33,586 nucleotides of DNA from Bacteroidetes bacterium GWA2_31_9b (GCA_001769005.1 MENE01000037.1:1-33586), one strand, 5' to 3'; shown: positions 1-10,536, numbered from the stretch's first letter. The notes: generated by a model not told the origin, from the sequence alone. Made by a program: numbers and translations.

Positions 1-558
1 AAAGTTTCACTGGTTGCATACGAAAGATTTGTAACAGCAGAAGATCAAGAAAAACAGGAAAGAGCATTAAATGATCATATAATGTCAATAAAGAATCACA
101 TAAAACAATTAAGTGAAAAAAAATATCAAGATTTAATTGATATTAATTCTTTAGACTTTGTTATGTTGTTTATGCCAATAGAACCATCATTCCTTATTGC
201 AATTCAAAAGGATCCAGAATTATGGAACTATGCGTATGAGAAAGGAATAATACTGATAAGTCCAACAAATTTAATTGCGGTTCTAAAAATGGCTTCTAAT
301 TTTTGGGAACAGGATAAACAAAATAAAAATGTTATGGAAATTGCACGCCAAAGTGGAGCATTATATGATAAATTTGTTGGATTTGTGAGTGACCTAAAAG
401 ATATTGGAAATAAATTGGAAGCTACCAAGAAAGCCTATGATGGTGCAATGAATAAGATTAGTACTGGAAATGGAAATTTAATAATAAGTACTCAAAAAAT
501 TAAGGAGTTAGGCGCAAAAACCAAAAAAGATTTACCTAAGGAATTGATGGAAGAATAG
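1..558 (+). CDS. rmuC: DNA recombination protein RmuC, C-terminal part (5' end outside the window)
   Basis: Frame 1 is open from base 1 through the ATG at 82 to the stop at 556-558, so the gene is cut by the window edge. The translation (DFVMLFMPIEPSFLIAIQKDPELW, ILISPTNLIAVLK, ALYDKFVGF) matches the conserved C-terminal region of RmuC-family proteins as I remember it. Confidence 0.8.
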   Translation, partial: KVSLVAYERFVTAEDQEKQERALNDHIMSIKNHIKQLSEKKYQDLIDINSLDFVMLFMPIEPSFLIAIQKDPELWNYAYEKGIILISPTNLIAVLKMASNFWEQDKQNKNVMEIARQSGALYDKFVGFVSDLKDIGNKLEATKKAYDGAMNKISTGNGNLIISTQKIKELGAKTKKDLPKELMEE

Positions 559-575
559 TATGAATTACGAACTTG

Positions 576-600
576 TCTGCCGAAGGCAGATTACGATTTT
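576..600 (+). terminator. Weak stem-loop after rmuC
   Basis: 6-bp perfect stem tctgcc/ggcaga (576-581 / 585-590) with a gaa loop, 18 nt after the stop. The stem is short and the T-tract is poor. Confidence 0.3.
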
Positions 601-611
601 AATTATAAATA

Positions 612-1118
612 ATGCCTGTAAAAGAAATTCTATTGTTAGGAAATCCTCTTTTAAGAGAGAAATCGAAAGATGTTGTTGACTTTGATTCTCAACTTAATAC
701 TATTATTGATGATTTGCGAGATACATTAATCGATTTTCAAAAGCGAAAAAAAATTGGTCGGGGCATTGCTGCTCCACAAATTGGGATTTTGAAAAAGATA
801 ATTTATATTCATCTCTCAAATAGGTCTTTTGCTCTAATAAATCCCGAGGTAATTGAAAAAAGTACTGAAACTTTCGAAGTGTGGGATAGTTGTTTTAGTT
901 TCAATGTTGCTTTTTTTGTTCTTACAAAACGATATACTTCAATAACTGTAAAATATCAAAATCAAAAAGGCGAAATACTTACCGAAAAGTTTTCTGATGA
1001 TCTTTCAGAATTAGTACAACACGAAATTGATCATTTACATGGAATTCTGGCTACTGATTATTTGGTTGAAAAAAATCAAATAATTATGCGCAAAGAATGG
1101 GAGAAAATCAAGAAATAA
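612..1118 (+). CDS. def: Peptide deformylase
   Basis: 168 aa. Motif 1 GIAAPQIG and motif 3 HEIDHLHG are canonical. Motif 2 reads DSCFS instead of the usual EGCLS, with the metal-ligand Cys retained. Confidence 0.85.
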   Translation: MPVKEILLLGNPLLREKSKDVVDFDSQLNTIIDDLRDTLIDFQKRKKIGRGIAAPQIGILKKIIYIHLSNRSFALINPEVIEKSTETFEVWDSCFSFNVAFFVLTKRYTSITVKYQNQKGEILTEKFSDDLSELVQHEIDHLHGILATDYLVEKNQIIMRKEWEKIKK

Positions 1119-1225
1119 TCAAATAAATCCTTTTTGAAGTTTATCAACTAATCTATTAATAATGAAACAATTGTTTTATTATTTCGTTTATAATTAATAG
1201 TCTCTTCTCATTTATAAAAAAAGTG

Positions 1226-1912
1226 ATGTCTAAATATTTTATTTTCATTTTAATTGTGTTTATAGCTGGGTTTTTTATACCAGAACGTTTTGTTAATAAC
1301 AGATATCATCCTGATAATGAAAATGTTGTTGTAGAAAATACTATATCTTCTTCGTGGAATAAAGAATTAACTGAAAAATATGGATTAGCTCCTGAGATAA
1401 TCCAAATGGCTTTAAAAAATATTTCAGAACTAAAAGAAAAGAATTTGATTAAAAACAACTCAATACTTACAATTATTGATTTTAGTCGACCATCAACCGA
1501 TAAACGATTATTTATTCTTGATTTGAAAAATGAAAAAGTTATTAAAAATACTTTAGTAGCTCATGGTGTGAATTCAGGAAATAATATGGCTGAATCATTT
1601 TCTAATAATCAACATTCTAATAAGAGCAGTTTAGGCTTTTATATTACAAAAGGAACATATTCTGGTAAACATGGATATTCTTTACGTATTGATGGAAAAA
1701 ATATTGGATTAAATAATAATGCTCTTAAAAGAGATATAGTAATTCATGGAGCCGATTATGTAAGTGAAGATTTTATTAAAAAGAATGGAAGAATCGGTAG
1801 AAGTTTTGGATGTCCGGCAGTTCCAGTTGAAGAGAATCAGGAAATAATTGATTTAATAAAAAATGGTACTTGCCTGTATATTTATCATCCTGTTTTAAAT
1901 CCTACTGATTAG
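1226..1912 (+). CDS. L,D-transpeptidase catalytic-domain family protein (YkuD_2-like), membrane anchored
   Basis: N-terminal hydrophobic anchor. C-terminal IVIHGADYV...GRIGRSFGCPAVP resembles the His/Cys active-site arrangement of the YkuD_2 family. The ORF track starts at GTG 1223; the ATG at 1226 is the more likely start. Confidence 0.7.
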   Translation: MSKYFIFILIVFIAGFFIPERFVNNRYHPDNENVVVENTISSSWNKELTEKYGLAPEIIQMALKNISELKEKNLIKNNSILTIIDFSRPSTDKRLFILDLKNEKVIKNTLVAHGVNSGNNMAESFSNNQHSNKSSLGFYITKGTYSGKHGYSLRIDGKNIGLNNNALKRDIVIHGADYVSEDFIKKNGRIGRSFGCPAVPVEENQEIIDLIKNGTCLYIYHPVLNPTD

Positions 1913-3581
1913 TTTGATTTGTAAACATGGTTACAATATTTTGTTTATCCAGATTGTAAACATCATTGTAAAATTCCATATCTGAGTTTTCTTTTCCTGA
2001 ACAAGTAATGTATTGAATGTAAATTGTAATTTTCTGTGTAAGATTTATTTCGTTATTTTCATTTGATGCAATAAGCTTCTTAATATTTAAAGAATTCTCA
2101 GTATAATATTTGTCGGTTAAATACTGAGCCAGTTTGTCAGGGTTTTCCAATCGAATACAACCATGAGAAAATGTTCTGTTTTTTTGTTTAAATAGCCCTC
2201 TTGATGGTGTATCATGCAAGTAAACACTTTGTTCGTTTGGGAAAATAAATTTTACTAATCCAAGTGCATTCGATGTGCTGTTTTTTTGGCGAATAAAGTA
2301 TCTTGTTCCAAGAGGATCGCTACAGCTCCAATCTATTGTCGATACATCTATTGTTTCTTCTCTGTTATTTATTATGTAATATCCGTTTCTTTCAAGATAA
2401 GTTGAATCTTTACGAATTTTTTTAAGCATTTCGTTGTCGACAATACTTTTTGGAACTGTCCAGTAAGGATTTGTAACTACTTTCTCAATATTGCTCGATA
2501 ATATTGGAGTTGGAGTGTCTTCTTTGCCTACAATAACATTAAATATTTCTTTTTCTTGTTTCGATTCAATTACATGCAATCTGAATTCAGGAATATTTAC
2601 AAAAAGGTAATTTTCGTCATTATGTATTATGTTTCGTAAGCGGTTTAAGTTTAAGCAAGCTTGTAAATATTTGTATTCTAATAATGATATTAAAGTTCGA
2701 TGACTAACATTATTTAAATTAGAATCTTTAGGTAAATGATACAACTCTTGCAATTTAAAAAGTGCTACAGAATTATTTTCTGTTGAGTCAATCTCCGATG
2801 TTTCAGTTATTCCTGCATAATATAATCCTTTAGCAAGTAATTTATCGTCGATAAATTTAGGTGTTGTAAATTTTATGGATAACTGAAGATCGATGAAACC
2901 AGGAAGTGAACTTATAATTTTTTGAAGTTGAACCAATTCGGGTTGCTGCGATAAAATCTCGTTTCTTAAGTTATTCTGATTTAATGCAAAATTCAATATT
3001 TCAGGTAAAGATTCATAATTTGATAAATCGGTAGTTAATGTATCTCGTTCAATTATTCCCTTATTGAGATAAATCATGAGCTTTAATGCAGAATATGTGG
3101 CTGTTAATTCAAGATTAATTCTTGAATTTTGTGATTTTGTATCTGTAAATTCAGTTGTTAATTGTTTTATTTTTTCATTTTCAAAATAATCTATTGGGAA
3201 TCCAAAATATTTTGCACTATCAAGTAAGTTGGTTAAATATTTTAACTGAGTATTTGTTTCTTGTTCAGTTGTCCATGCAGGTTGAAAATCTCTCTGATTA
3301 TAAAAACTAGTTACAAAATTATTTATTTGATTTTTAATTGTTTGTGAAGAATCTGAATCGCAACTTAAAACCAATGAATTTAAATTTGCTTTTAAATAAG
3401 CCTGAAAATCAATTAAAATAGATTTTGTTTCTGAATTTACTTTTAGCGAGGGATTTTGATAACTGCTTAAGATTACCAACAAAACAACGAAATAAAACTT
3501 TATTAGAACATGAATTAAGACTCTACCAACACTTTGTTTTGGTTTAAAATCAAATTCTAATATGATATTTTCTGCGTTCAT
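1902..3581 (-). CDS. L,D-transpeptidase family protein (YcbB/ErfK-like)
   Basis: 559 aa with an N-terminal TM segment. C-terminal YLHDTPSRGLF...RTFSHGCIRLENP is the classic YkuD catalytic motif (His ... SHGC[IV]R). Confidence 0.8.
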   Translation of the reverse strand: MNAENIILEFDFKPKQSVGRVLIHVLIKFYFVVLLVILSSYQNPSLKVNSETKSILIDFQAYLKANLNSLVLSCDSDSSQTIKNQINNFVTSFYNQRDFQPAWTTEQETNTQLKYLTNLLDSAKYFGFPIDYFENEKIKQLTTEFTDTKSQNSRINLELTATYSALKLMIYLNKGIIERDTLTTDLSNYESLPEILNFALNQNNLRNEILSQQPELVQLQKIISSLPGFIDLQLSIKFTTPKFIDDKLLAKGLYYAGITETSEIDSTENNSVALFKLQELYHLPKDSNLNNVSHRTLISLLEYKYLQACLNLNRLRNIIHNDENYLFVNIPEFRLHVIESKQEKEIFNVIVGKEDTPTPILSSNIEKVVTNPYWTVPKSIVDNEMLKKIRKDSTYLERNGYYIINNREETIDVSTIDWSCSDPLGTRYFIRQKNSTSNALGLVKFIFPNEQSVYLHDTPSRGLFKQKNRTFSHGCIRLENPDKLAQYLTDKYYTENSLNIKKLIASNENNEINLTQKITIYIQYITCSGKENSDMEFYNDVYNLDKQNIVTMFTNQTNQ

Positions 3582-3806
3582 TTTTCAATGTGTTTTCTAT
3601 TTTCATATACGTGTGTTTTTGTAAAATGAAATTTATTTTAGATGAACGGCAAACTGCTTTTGACCAATAATGGTAATTTGGAAACTAAAAATAATTAGCT
3701 ACGTAATACACAGAAAAACAGCATATTATAAAAGATGATGTAGATCATTTTTTGTAAATCGGAAAATAAAATAGGTTGAATAATTATACAACTTTAATGA
3801 ATAAGT

Positions 3807-3840
3807 AAAGAGGTAAAAACAGATCTGTTTTTACCTCTTT
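3807..3840. terminator. Perfect 34-nt palindrome, likely terminator of the FtsX permease gene
   Basis: aaagaggtaaaaacaga/tctgtttttacctcttt. It lies 45 nt downstream (minus-strand sense) of the stop at 3885 and is flanked by T/A runs. Confidence 0.6.
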
Positions 3841-3884
3841 TTATCCTTGATTATATGACTAAATTATTTGAATTAGCTTATTTG

Positions 3885-6284
3885 CTATTCGTAACGCAAT
3901 GTATCTGCCGGATTAGTATTCGATGCTTTAATTGCCTGAAAACTTGTGGTTAACAATGCTATTGCTATAGATAAAACAGCAGCCAGAACAAAAACCCACC
4001 AGCTTAATTCGGTTTTGTAAGCATAATTTTGTAACCATTTGTTAATCAAAAACCAAGATACAGGAATAGCAATAACAATTGCAACAATAACTAGTTTTAT
4101 AAAGTCTTTTGATAAAATATAAACTATCTCTGATGAGGTTGAACCCATTGCTTTTCGTATACCAATTTCTTTTGTACGTCTTTCTGTCATAAATGAAACT
4201 AGTCCGAATAAACCCAACGAAGCAATTATAATTGCAATTAGTGAAAAGTATTTAATCAAACTACCCATACGTTGTTCGGAATTGTACATTTGCTCATATT
4301 CATCATTTAAAAAGTGGTATTCAAATGGATATGAGGGCATCACAGAGCTCCAGGTATCTTTTAACTTATCAACTGTTTGCGCTACATTACCCGGTTTTAT
4401 CCGCATGATTATTAATCGTACGTAATCGTCAAAACCAACAGCAATTGCAAGAGGTTCTATTTCTGAACGCATAGAATAAAAGTGGAAATTTTTCATTACA
4501 CCAATAATTCTTCCTTTATTAATTCCCATAAATGAAAAACGCATGCCAATAGGATCGTCAACATTAATAATTTTTAGCATTTCCTCATTTATTAAAAATG
4601 CTCCTGTTGAGTCAGCAATACGGTCTGAAGGAAAATCTTTAGAAAAAGATCTTCCTTTAACAATAGGTATTTTTAATGTTTCAGTATAATCAAAATCAAC
4701 AATACTCATGCTTACAAGAATAGTAAGGTTTGGATCTTTACCATCCCAGTCAGCACCACCCGAGTTACTCCCAATATTACTGGGTAAATGCGATGATGCT
4801 GTTACATTTTCTATCAAAGGATTTGCTTTAAATGCATCTTTGATAACTGAGTAGGATTTATTAATATCGCCAAACATCTGAATATAAATAACATGTTCCT
4901 TATCGTATCCAAGCTTTTGAGCTTGCATAAATTTGAGCTGTTTATATATAAAAATGGTACTAATAATCAGAATTATGGATAAAAAAAACTGAAATATTAC
5001 CAAGAATTTTCTGAGATTTCCCTTTTTTGATGATTCGGTAAATCCACCCTTAAGAACTTTTACAGGATTAAATTTTGAAAGATATATTGCTGGATATATA
5101 CCGGCAACAATCCCGGTAAAAAAGGTAATTAGTATTAAGCCTAAAATAAATTCAGAACTCTTAAAAAACTCAAACGAAATTTGTTTGCCGGAAAGTAAGT
5201 TGAATTTTGATAAGAGTAATGCTGTTATGAGTAAAGCAATAATTGCTGCAATAACTGTAGTCAGAACCGATTCGCCAAAAAACTGAAGTATTACATTTCC
5301 TCTGCTTGCCCCAGAAGTTTTTCGCATTCCAATTTCTTTAGCTCTTCTCGATGATCTGGCTGTTGATAGATTCATAAAGTTGATACAGGCAATTAATAAT
5401 ATAAAAAGCCCGATTGTCATAAAAATATATACAATCTGAATTTGTCCGGCCGAATGCCCATAACCGAAATACTGATGCAAATGCATATCACTTAATGATG
5501 AAAGCATAAAATTTGTTTTATAGTCGCTTTCTTTATAGCTTTCATCGAATTCAATATGACTTTTAACAACATCGGTTAATTTTCGATTAACTGGAATTGG
5601 ATCAGTATTATATTTTAGCTTTACATAAGTAAAAATGGAATTATTTCCCCATTGTTCCTGATAAAAACCAATTGTTTTTGTAAAATCGAATGGTACAAAA
5701 AACCCAAAACGGATACTTGAGTTGGTAGGTATTTTTTTTAATACACCGGTAACTGTAAAATCAAATTGATTATCGATACGAATAATTTTTCCCAAAGGAT
5801 TTTCGGAACCAAAATATTTCTCGGACATTTCCTTTGTTAAAACCAGACTCAAAGGTTTTGTTAAGGCTGTATTTGGATCGCCCGTTTCAAGATCAAAATT
5901 AAAAACCGAAAAAATCGTAGAATCAACAGCAACTATTCCTGATTCAAAGAAAGATTTTTCATCATATTTCAACAGTAAATTTCCAGTATAAGCAAATCGA
6001 ATGGCATCTTCAATTTCAGGAATTTCCAGCTTCCAACCTTCGCCCGAAGGATAAGGTGTAACATTAACGTGATACGATTCACCATTGTAAAACTGATCTT
6101 GTTCAACGCGGTATATCTGATCAATTTGTGCATGGAATTTATCAAACGTTACCTCATCGTAAACCCACATAAAAATTAATAAAGCACAAGTTATTCCAAG
6201 TGCTAATCCGAAAATGTTAATAAAGGAAAAACCCTTATGCCTGGTAATATTTCGGAAGGCAATTTTAAGGTAATTCTGAATCAT
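3885..6284 (-). CDS. ABC transporter permease, double FtsX / MacB-like periplasmic-core family
   Basis: 799 aa. N-terminal TM (FSFINIFGLALGITCALLIFMWV), two FtsX-type TM clusters each preceded by a large soluble domain, and a C-terminal NPADTLRYE. It is a paralogue of 25358..27751. Confidence 0.85.
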   Translation of the reverse strand: MIQNYLKIAFRNITRHKGFSFINIFGLALGITCALLIFMWVYDEVTFDKFHAQIDQIYRVEQDQFYNGESYHVNVTPYPSGEGWKLEIPEIEDAIRFAYTGNLLLKYDEKSFFESGIVAVDSTIFSVFNFDLETGDPNTALTKPLSLVLTKEMSEKYFGSENPLGKIIRIDNQFDFTVTGVLKKIPTNSSIRFGFFVPFDFTKTIGFYQEQWGNNSIFTYVKLKYNTDPIPVNRKLTDVVKSHIEFDESYKESDYKTNFMLSSLSDMHLHQYFGYGHSAGQIQIVYIFMTIGLFILLIACINFMNLSTARSSRRAKEIGMRKTSGASRGNVILQFFGESVLTTVIAAIIALLITALLLSKFNLLSGKQISFEFFKSSEFILGLILITFFTGIVAGIYPAIYLSKFNPVKVLKGGFTESSKKGNLRKFLVIFQFFLSIILIISTIFIYKQLKFMQAQKLGYDKEHVIYIQMFGDINKSYSVIKDAFKANPLIENVTASSHLPSNIGSNSGGADWDGKDPNLTILVSMSIVDFDYTETLKIPIVKGRSFSKDFPSDRIADSTGAFLINEEMLKIINVDDPIGMRFSFMGINKGRIIGVMKNFHFYSMRSEIEPLAIAVGFDDYVRLIIMRIKPGNVAQTVDKLKDTWSSVMPSYPFEYHFLNDEYEQMYNSEQRMGSLIKYFSLIAIIIASLGLFGLVSFMTERRTKEIGIRKAMGSTSSEIVYILSKDFIKLVIVAIVIAIPVSWFLINKWLQNYAYKTELSWWVFVLAAVLSIAIALLTTSFQAIKASNTNPADTLRYE

Positions 6285-6411
6285 TTTTTTAGGTTTGATT
6301 TTTAGAAAGACGAATTAAATATTTGTTTGTTGCATTTTTACTTTTAAAATGATTTTTAAAGCTCTAATTTAATTGATATATTTGATTTTGAAGTTGATAA
6401 TTTGAAATATT

Positions 6412-7704
6412 ATGAATAAACAGACTTTTCGAATGTTCCTTTTATCTTTATTTCCTTTTTTATTTTTTAGTCAATGTTCCGTTTCTCATAAAGTAAAAAA
6501 GAATCCTGATGAATTAATTCATGGATATGTAGCTCCCGGATTTGAAGATGTGAAGAAAGAGTTTACCCGGAATTTTATTCAGCGTGGTGAAAATGGAGCA
6601 GCATTTTCAGTTTATTATAAAGGCGAAAAAGTGGTTGATTTGTGGGGAGGATATAAAGATGCTGTAACTAAAGAACCATGGGAAGAAGATACAAAAGTAA
6701 TTGTATTTTCTACAACAAAGGGTTTGGCAGCTATTTGTCTGGCAATGGCTAATTCTAACGGATGGCTCGACTATAACGAAAAAGTATCAACATATTGGCC
6801 CGAGTTTGCTCAAAACGGTAAAGAAAACATTACTGTTCGTCAATTATTAGCTCATGAAGCTGGTTTGTGTTTAGTTGATGAATTATTTACAATCTCTGAT
6901 TTAAAAGATTTTGATAAGATAGCAGGCATTATGGCTCGTCAGAAGCCCTTGTGGGAGCCCGGGTCACAACATGGTTATCATTTATCAACAATGGGAATGT
7001 ATATGAACGAACTTATGCGGCGTGTCGATCCTCAGCATCGTAGTATTGGTGTATTCTTTTCTGAAGAGTTAGCCAAACCATTAAATCTGAATTTTTATAT
7101 TGGTTTACCCGATTCAATTCCAGAGAAAGAGATCGCAAAGGTTTATTATCCATCTATTGGGCAGTTTGTTTTAAATATGAACAATATGCCCGAAAAAATG
7201 AGGAAAGATTTCAGAAATAAAAATTCCATTTTATCCCGATCATTTAAGATTCCTGAAAAATTCAGTCCCAATAGCAGGGCAACACAACGAGTAGAAATGC
7301 CGTCGGGTAATGGAATCGGCGATGCCCGTTCTATTGCCAAAGTTTATGGTCTATTTGCACAAGGAGCCAAGGAGCTGAATTTTAAGAATGAAACTTTCAA
7401 TTTAATAAAGCAGGATGCGAAATTACCTCCTATGGGAGCTTATGATGTTGTTATGGGTTTAGATACATACTTTGCATATGGATTTCTGAAATCAGGTCCC
7501 GATTTTTTATATGGACCCAATCAACAGACTTTTGGAACACCCGGAGCAGGTGGATCGTATGGTTTTGCTGATCCTGAAAAGGAAATTGGTTATGCTTATA
7601 TTATGACCAGGATGGGACTCTATCTGGTAAACGATCCTCGCGAAGTAGCTTTACGCGAAACAATGTATCGATGTATAGTTCAAATAGAGAATTCCCTAAA
7701 ATAG
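6412..7704 (+). CDS. Serine hydrolase, beta-lactamase/transpeptidase-like fold (probable lipoprotein)
   Basis: Signal peptide with lipobox-like FFSQC. S-x-x-K nucleophile motif FSTTKG. Overall resemblance to class C beta-lactamase-family esterases. Confidence 0.8.
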   Translation: MNKQTFRMFLLSLFPFLFFSQCSVSHKVKKNPDELIHGYVAPGFEDVKKEFTRNFIQRGENGAAFSVYYKGEKVVDLWGGYKDAVTKEPWEEDTKVIVFSTTKGLAAICLAMANSNGWLDYNEKVSTYWPEFAQNGKENITVRQLLAHEAGLCLVDELFTISDLKDFDKIAGIMARQKPLWEPGSQHGYHLSTMGMYMNELMRRVDPQHRSIGVFFSEELAKPLNLNFYIGLPDSIPEKEIAKVYYPSIGQFVLNMNNMPEKMRKDFRNKNSILSRSFKIPEKFSPNSRATQRVEMPSGNGIGDARSIAKVYGLFAQGAKELNFKNETFNLIKQDAKLPPMGAYDVVMGLDTYFAYGFLKSGPDFLYGPNQQTFGTPGAGGSYGFADPEKEIGYAYIMTRMGLYLVNDPREVALRETMYRCIVQIENSLK

Positions 7705-7947
7705 ATTTTATTTATTGTTTAAAATGTCGTGCATTGTATTTTTAAATCGAATATAATAAAATAAAATAGCAATTTGATACAGTTCAATGCATTTCATAAA
7801 TAGGATTGCTGATTTGTATTATTTTATATTTTTAAATACCTTACTAAGTTTTAAATTCTACATGTTTCTAATCAAGTTAGCTTTAAAAGTTTACAATTCT
7901 TTAGTTGGGAAAGCTGATGGGTATAAATCTTAAAACGGAGAAAAATC

Positions 7948-10536
7948 ATGAAGTTGCATGAATCAAAAAAACAAGATCAATTGGAAATTCTTATTATTGA
8001 TAATGAACAAACAAATAGTGACATTTTAACAACTGCTCTAAAGGAACAGGGGTATTCTGTTAGATCGGTTACTAATGGAACTACTGCTTTACAATATTTA
8101 ACTAAGAAATTACCTAACCTAATTTTACTTGAACTTAACTTGCCAGATATAAGTGGTTTTGAACTTTGTCACAACTTGAAATCAGACAAAAAGAGTTGCA
8201 ATATACCAGTAATTTTTATAAGCGTTTCTAATAGCAAAGATGAAAAAATAAAAGCTTTTGAAGTTGGGGGAGTAGACTTTATAATTAAACCTTTCGAACC
8301 TGCAGAATTGTTTGCACGAATTAAAAGCCAATTGCAATTGCAATCATTGACCAAAAAGCTAGAACAAGAAATTACAGATTTAAAAAATAAACTAAAAGAA
8401 AGGGAAGCAAAATTCCATAATTTGATTGAAATAACAAGCGACTGGATTTGGGAAGTTAACACAGAAGGAGTTTATACTTTTTCTAATTCTAGAGTAAAAG
8501 AAATACTAGGATATACACCTAAACAAATTGTGGGAAAAACACCTTTTAATTTAATGCCAGAAGAGGAGGCAGAAAAATTGGCTGGTAAATTCTTAGAAAT
8601 AATAAATTCAAAAAAGCCGTTTTTTAATCTAGAAAATATCAATTTACATAAAAATGGTAAGAAAGTGGTGCTTGAAACAAGTGGTGTTCCGTATTTTGAT
8701 TATAACGGGAGTCTGATGGGCTATAGAGGTATAGACAGGGATATTACTAAAAGAAAAGAATCAGAAGAACAATTAAGACAAAAAGAGCATTATTATCGTT
8801 CTTTATTGTACAATATGCATGAAGATATTATTGTTATTGATTCTAACTACCAAATAACAGATGTAAATAATACCTTTTTAGTGACATCAGGTCACAAACG
8901 TGAAAAAGTTATAGGCAAACATTGTTATGAAATATCCCATGGATATAATGATCCATGTTATTTGCATGGTGAGGTATGTATGCTAAAGGAAGTATTTGAA
9001 ACTGGCGAACCACGTAACTGTTATCATATTCATAAAACGATTAAAGATGTTGATGTGCATGTAGATATACTTTTATCTCCACTAAAAGATGATGAGGGAA
9101 ATGTAACTCACATTATTGAAACAGTGCGTAACATTTCTGATGTCTTTGAAGCTCAGGAAGCATTGAAAAAAAGCGAAGAGGAATATCGTTCTTTATTTGA
9201 GAATACAACAATAGGTATTTACAGATCAACTCCTGAAGGAAAAGTTCTTATGGCAAACCCAGCTTTATTAATGATGATGGGATGTAATAATTTAAACGAA
9301 TTTCAAAGAATAAGTCTTGTAACAGATTTTTATACTAAAAAATATCCAAGATCATATTTCAAAAAAAACCTGGAGCTTTATGGAGAAATTAATGGTTTGG
9401 AGTCAAAATGGAAAAAGAAAGATGGAAACGAAATTGATATTAGGCAAAGTGCAAAGATAGTTAGGGATAGCAATGGGATAGCAATGTATTATGAAGGTTG
9501 GGTTGAAGATATTACAGCACGAAAAAAGGCTGAAAAAGCACTTTTAGAAAGTGAAGAAAAATTCCGAAATTTATTTAACTCAAGTAGTGATGGAATTATT
9601 ATTACAGATGAGAATTCCAATATTCTTGCTTTCAATGAAACTTTAATTAATTCGCTTGGTTTTAATGAGGAATATGTAAGAAACAAAAAAGCTACTGATT
9701 TTATTATGCCTGATCAGGTTGATAAAGTTAAGCAAAGAATAAAAACCTTGTATAATAATGAATCATTATTGCCTCTTGAGATTGACATTTATAATGCAGC
9801 TGGAATGCCTGTGTCTGTAGAAATTAATAGTAAAATAATTGAATATGAAAATAAGAGGTCTGTATTATCAATAATAAGAAATATTTCAGATAGAAAAGAA
9901 GCAGAAAGGAAAATTCTTAACGCTGTTATTGAAACTGAAGAACATGAAAGGGAAAAATTTGCAAAGGATCTTCATGATGGTATCGGACCATTATTATCTG
10001 CATCAAAAATATATTCAAAATCATTCCAATTATGTGAAAACGATGAAGAAAGAAGTCAAACAATTCAAAAGTTAGAAGAAACTATTGACGAGGCTATACA
10101 AAGTGTACAAGAAATTTCAAACAATCTTAGCCCTCATATACTAAAGAATTTTGGTTTAAAAGTTGCAATTGAGTCCTTTTTAAAAAAAATAACAGATGCT
10201 AGTTTAATTAAATTTACTATTGGTTCTAATTTTGAAAAAAGAGTTTCTGAAAATATTGAAATAATACTTTATAGGGTAACAGTAGAGTTGATTAATAATA
10301 CAATAAAACATTCTAATGCTAATACAATTCAAATAAAACTTTTACAAAAAGAAAATAACCTATTTTTACATTATACCGATGATGGAATAGGATTTAATAT
10401 TAATGAAACATTGAATAAAAGCACTGGTATGGGATTATCAAATATATATAGTCGCATAAGATCATTAGATGGTGATATAGTTATGGATAGTAGTAAAAAT
10501 AGAGGATTAAGTGTTAAAATAAGAATTGTACTTTAA
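7948..10536 (+). CDS. Hybrid sensor histidine kinase: atypical N-terminal receiver, four PAS domains, HisKA_3, HATPase
   Basis: 862 aa. REC-like N-terminus (ILIIDNE ... LILLELNLPDISG ... IIKPF). Four PAS-like repeats (about aa 150-650). H-box KDLHDGIGPLL is NarX/DegS-type. N and G boxes: NNTIKHSNA, DDGIGF, GMGLSNI. GGAG lies 10 nt upstream of the ATG. Confidence 0.85.
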   Translation: MKLHESKKQDQLEILIIDNEQTNSDILTTALKEQGYSVRSVTNGTTALQYLTKKLPNLILLELNLPDISGFELCHNLKSDKKSCNIPVIFISVSNSKDEKIKAFEVGGVDFIIKPFEPAELFARIKSQLQLQSLTKKLEQEITDLKNKLKEREAKFHNLIEITSDWIWEVNTEGVYTFSNSRVKEILGYTPKQIVGKTPFNLMPEEEAEKLAGKFLEIINSKKPFFNLENINLHKNGKKVVLETSGVPYFDYNGSLMGYRGIDRDITKRKESEEQLRQKEHYYRSLLYNMHEDIIVIDSNYQITDVNNTFLVTSGHKREKVIGKHCYEISHGYNDPCYLHGEVCMLKEVFETGEPRNCYHIHKTIKDVDVHVDILLSPLKDDEGNVTHIIETVRNISDVFEAQEALKKSEEEYRSLFENTTIGIYRSTPEGKVLMANPALLMMMGCNNLNEFQRISLVTDFYTKKYPRSYFKKNLELYGEINGLESKWKKKDGNEIDIRQSAKIVRDSNGIAMYYEGWVEDITARKKAEKALLESEEKFRNLFNSSSDGIIITDENSNILAFNETLINSLGFNEEYVRNKKATDFIMPDQVDKVKQRIKTLYNNESLLPLEIDIYNAAGMPVSVEINSKIIEYENKRSVLSIIRNISDRKEAERKILNAVIETEEHEREKFAKDLHDGIGPLLSASKIYSKSFQLCENDEERSQTIQKLEETIDEAIQSVQEISNNLSPHILKNFGLKVAIESFLKKITDASLIKFTIGSNFEKRVSENIEIILYRVTVELINNTIKHSNANTIQIKLLQKENNLFLHYTDDGIGFNINETLNKSTGMGLSNIYSRIRSLDGDIVMDSSKNRGLSVKIRIVL

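Noticed and set aside
612-1118. Deformylase with DSCFS instead of EGCLS in motif 2, as a possibly inactive paralogue.
   Set aside because: All three metal ligands (Cys of motif 2 and both His of HEIDH) and motif 1 are present. Without an alignment to type 1/2/3 PDFs I cannot argue loss of function, so I noted it only in the feature evidence.
1902-1912. 11-nt overlap of the convergent L,D-transpeptidase-family genes as a possible regulatory antisense arrangement.
   Set aside because: Short 3'-3' overlaps are common in compact genomes and need no special explanation. No structure or motif is associated with it.
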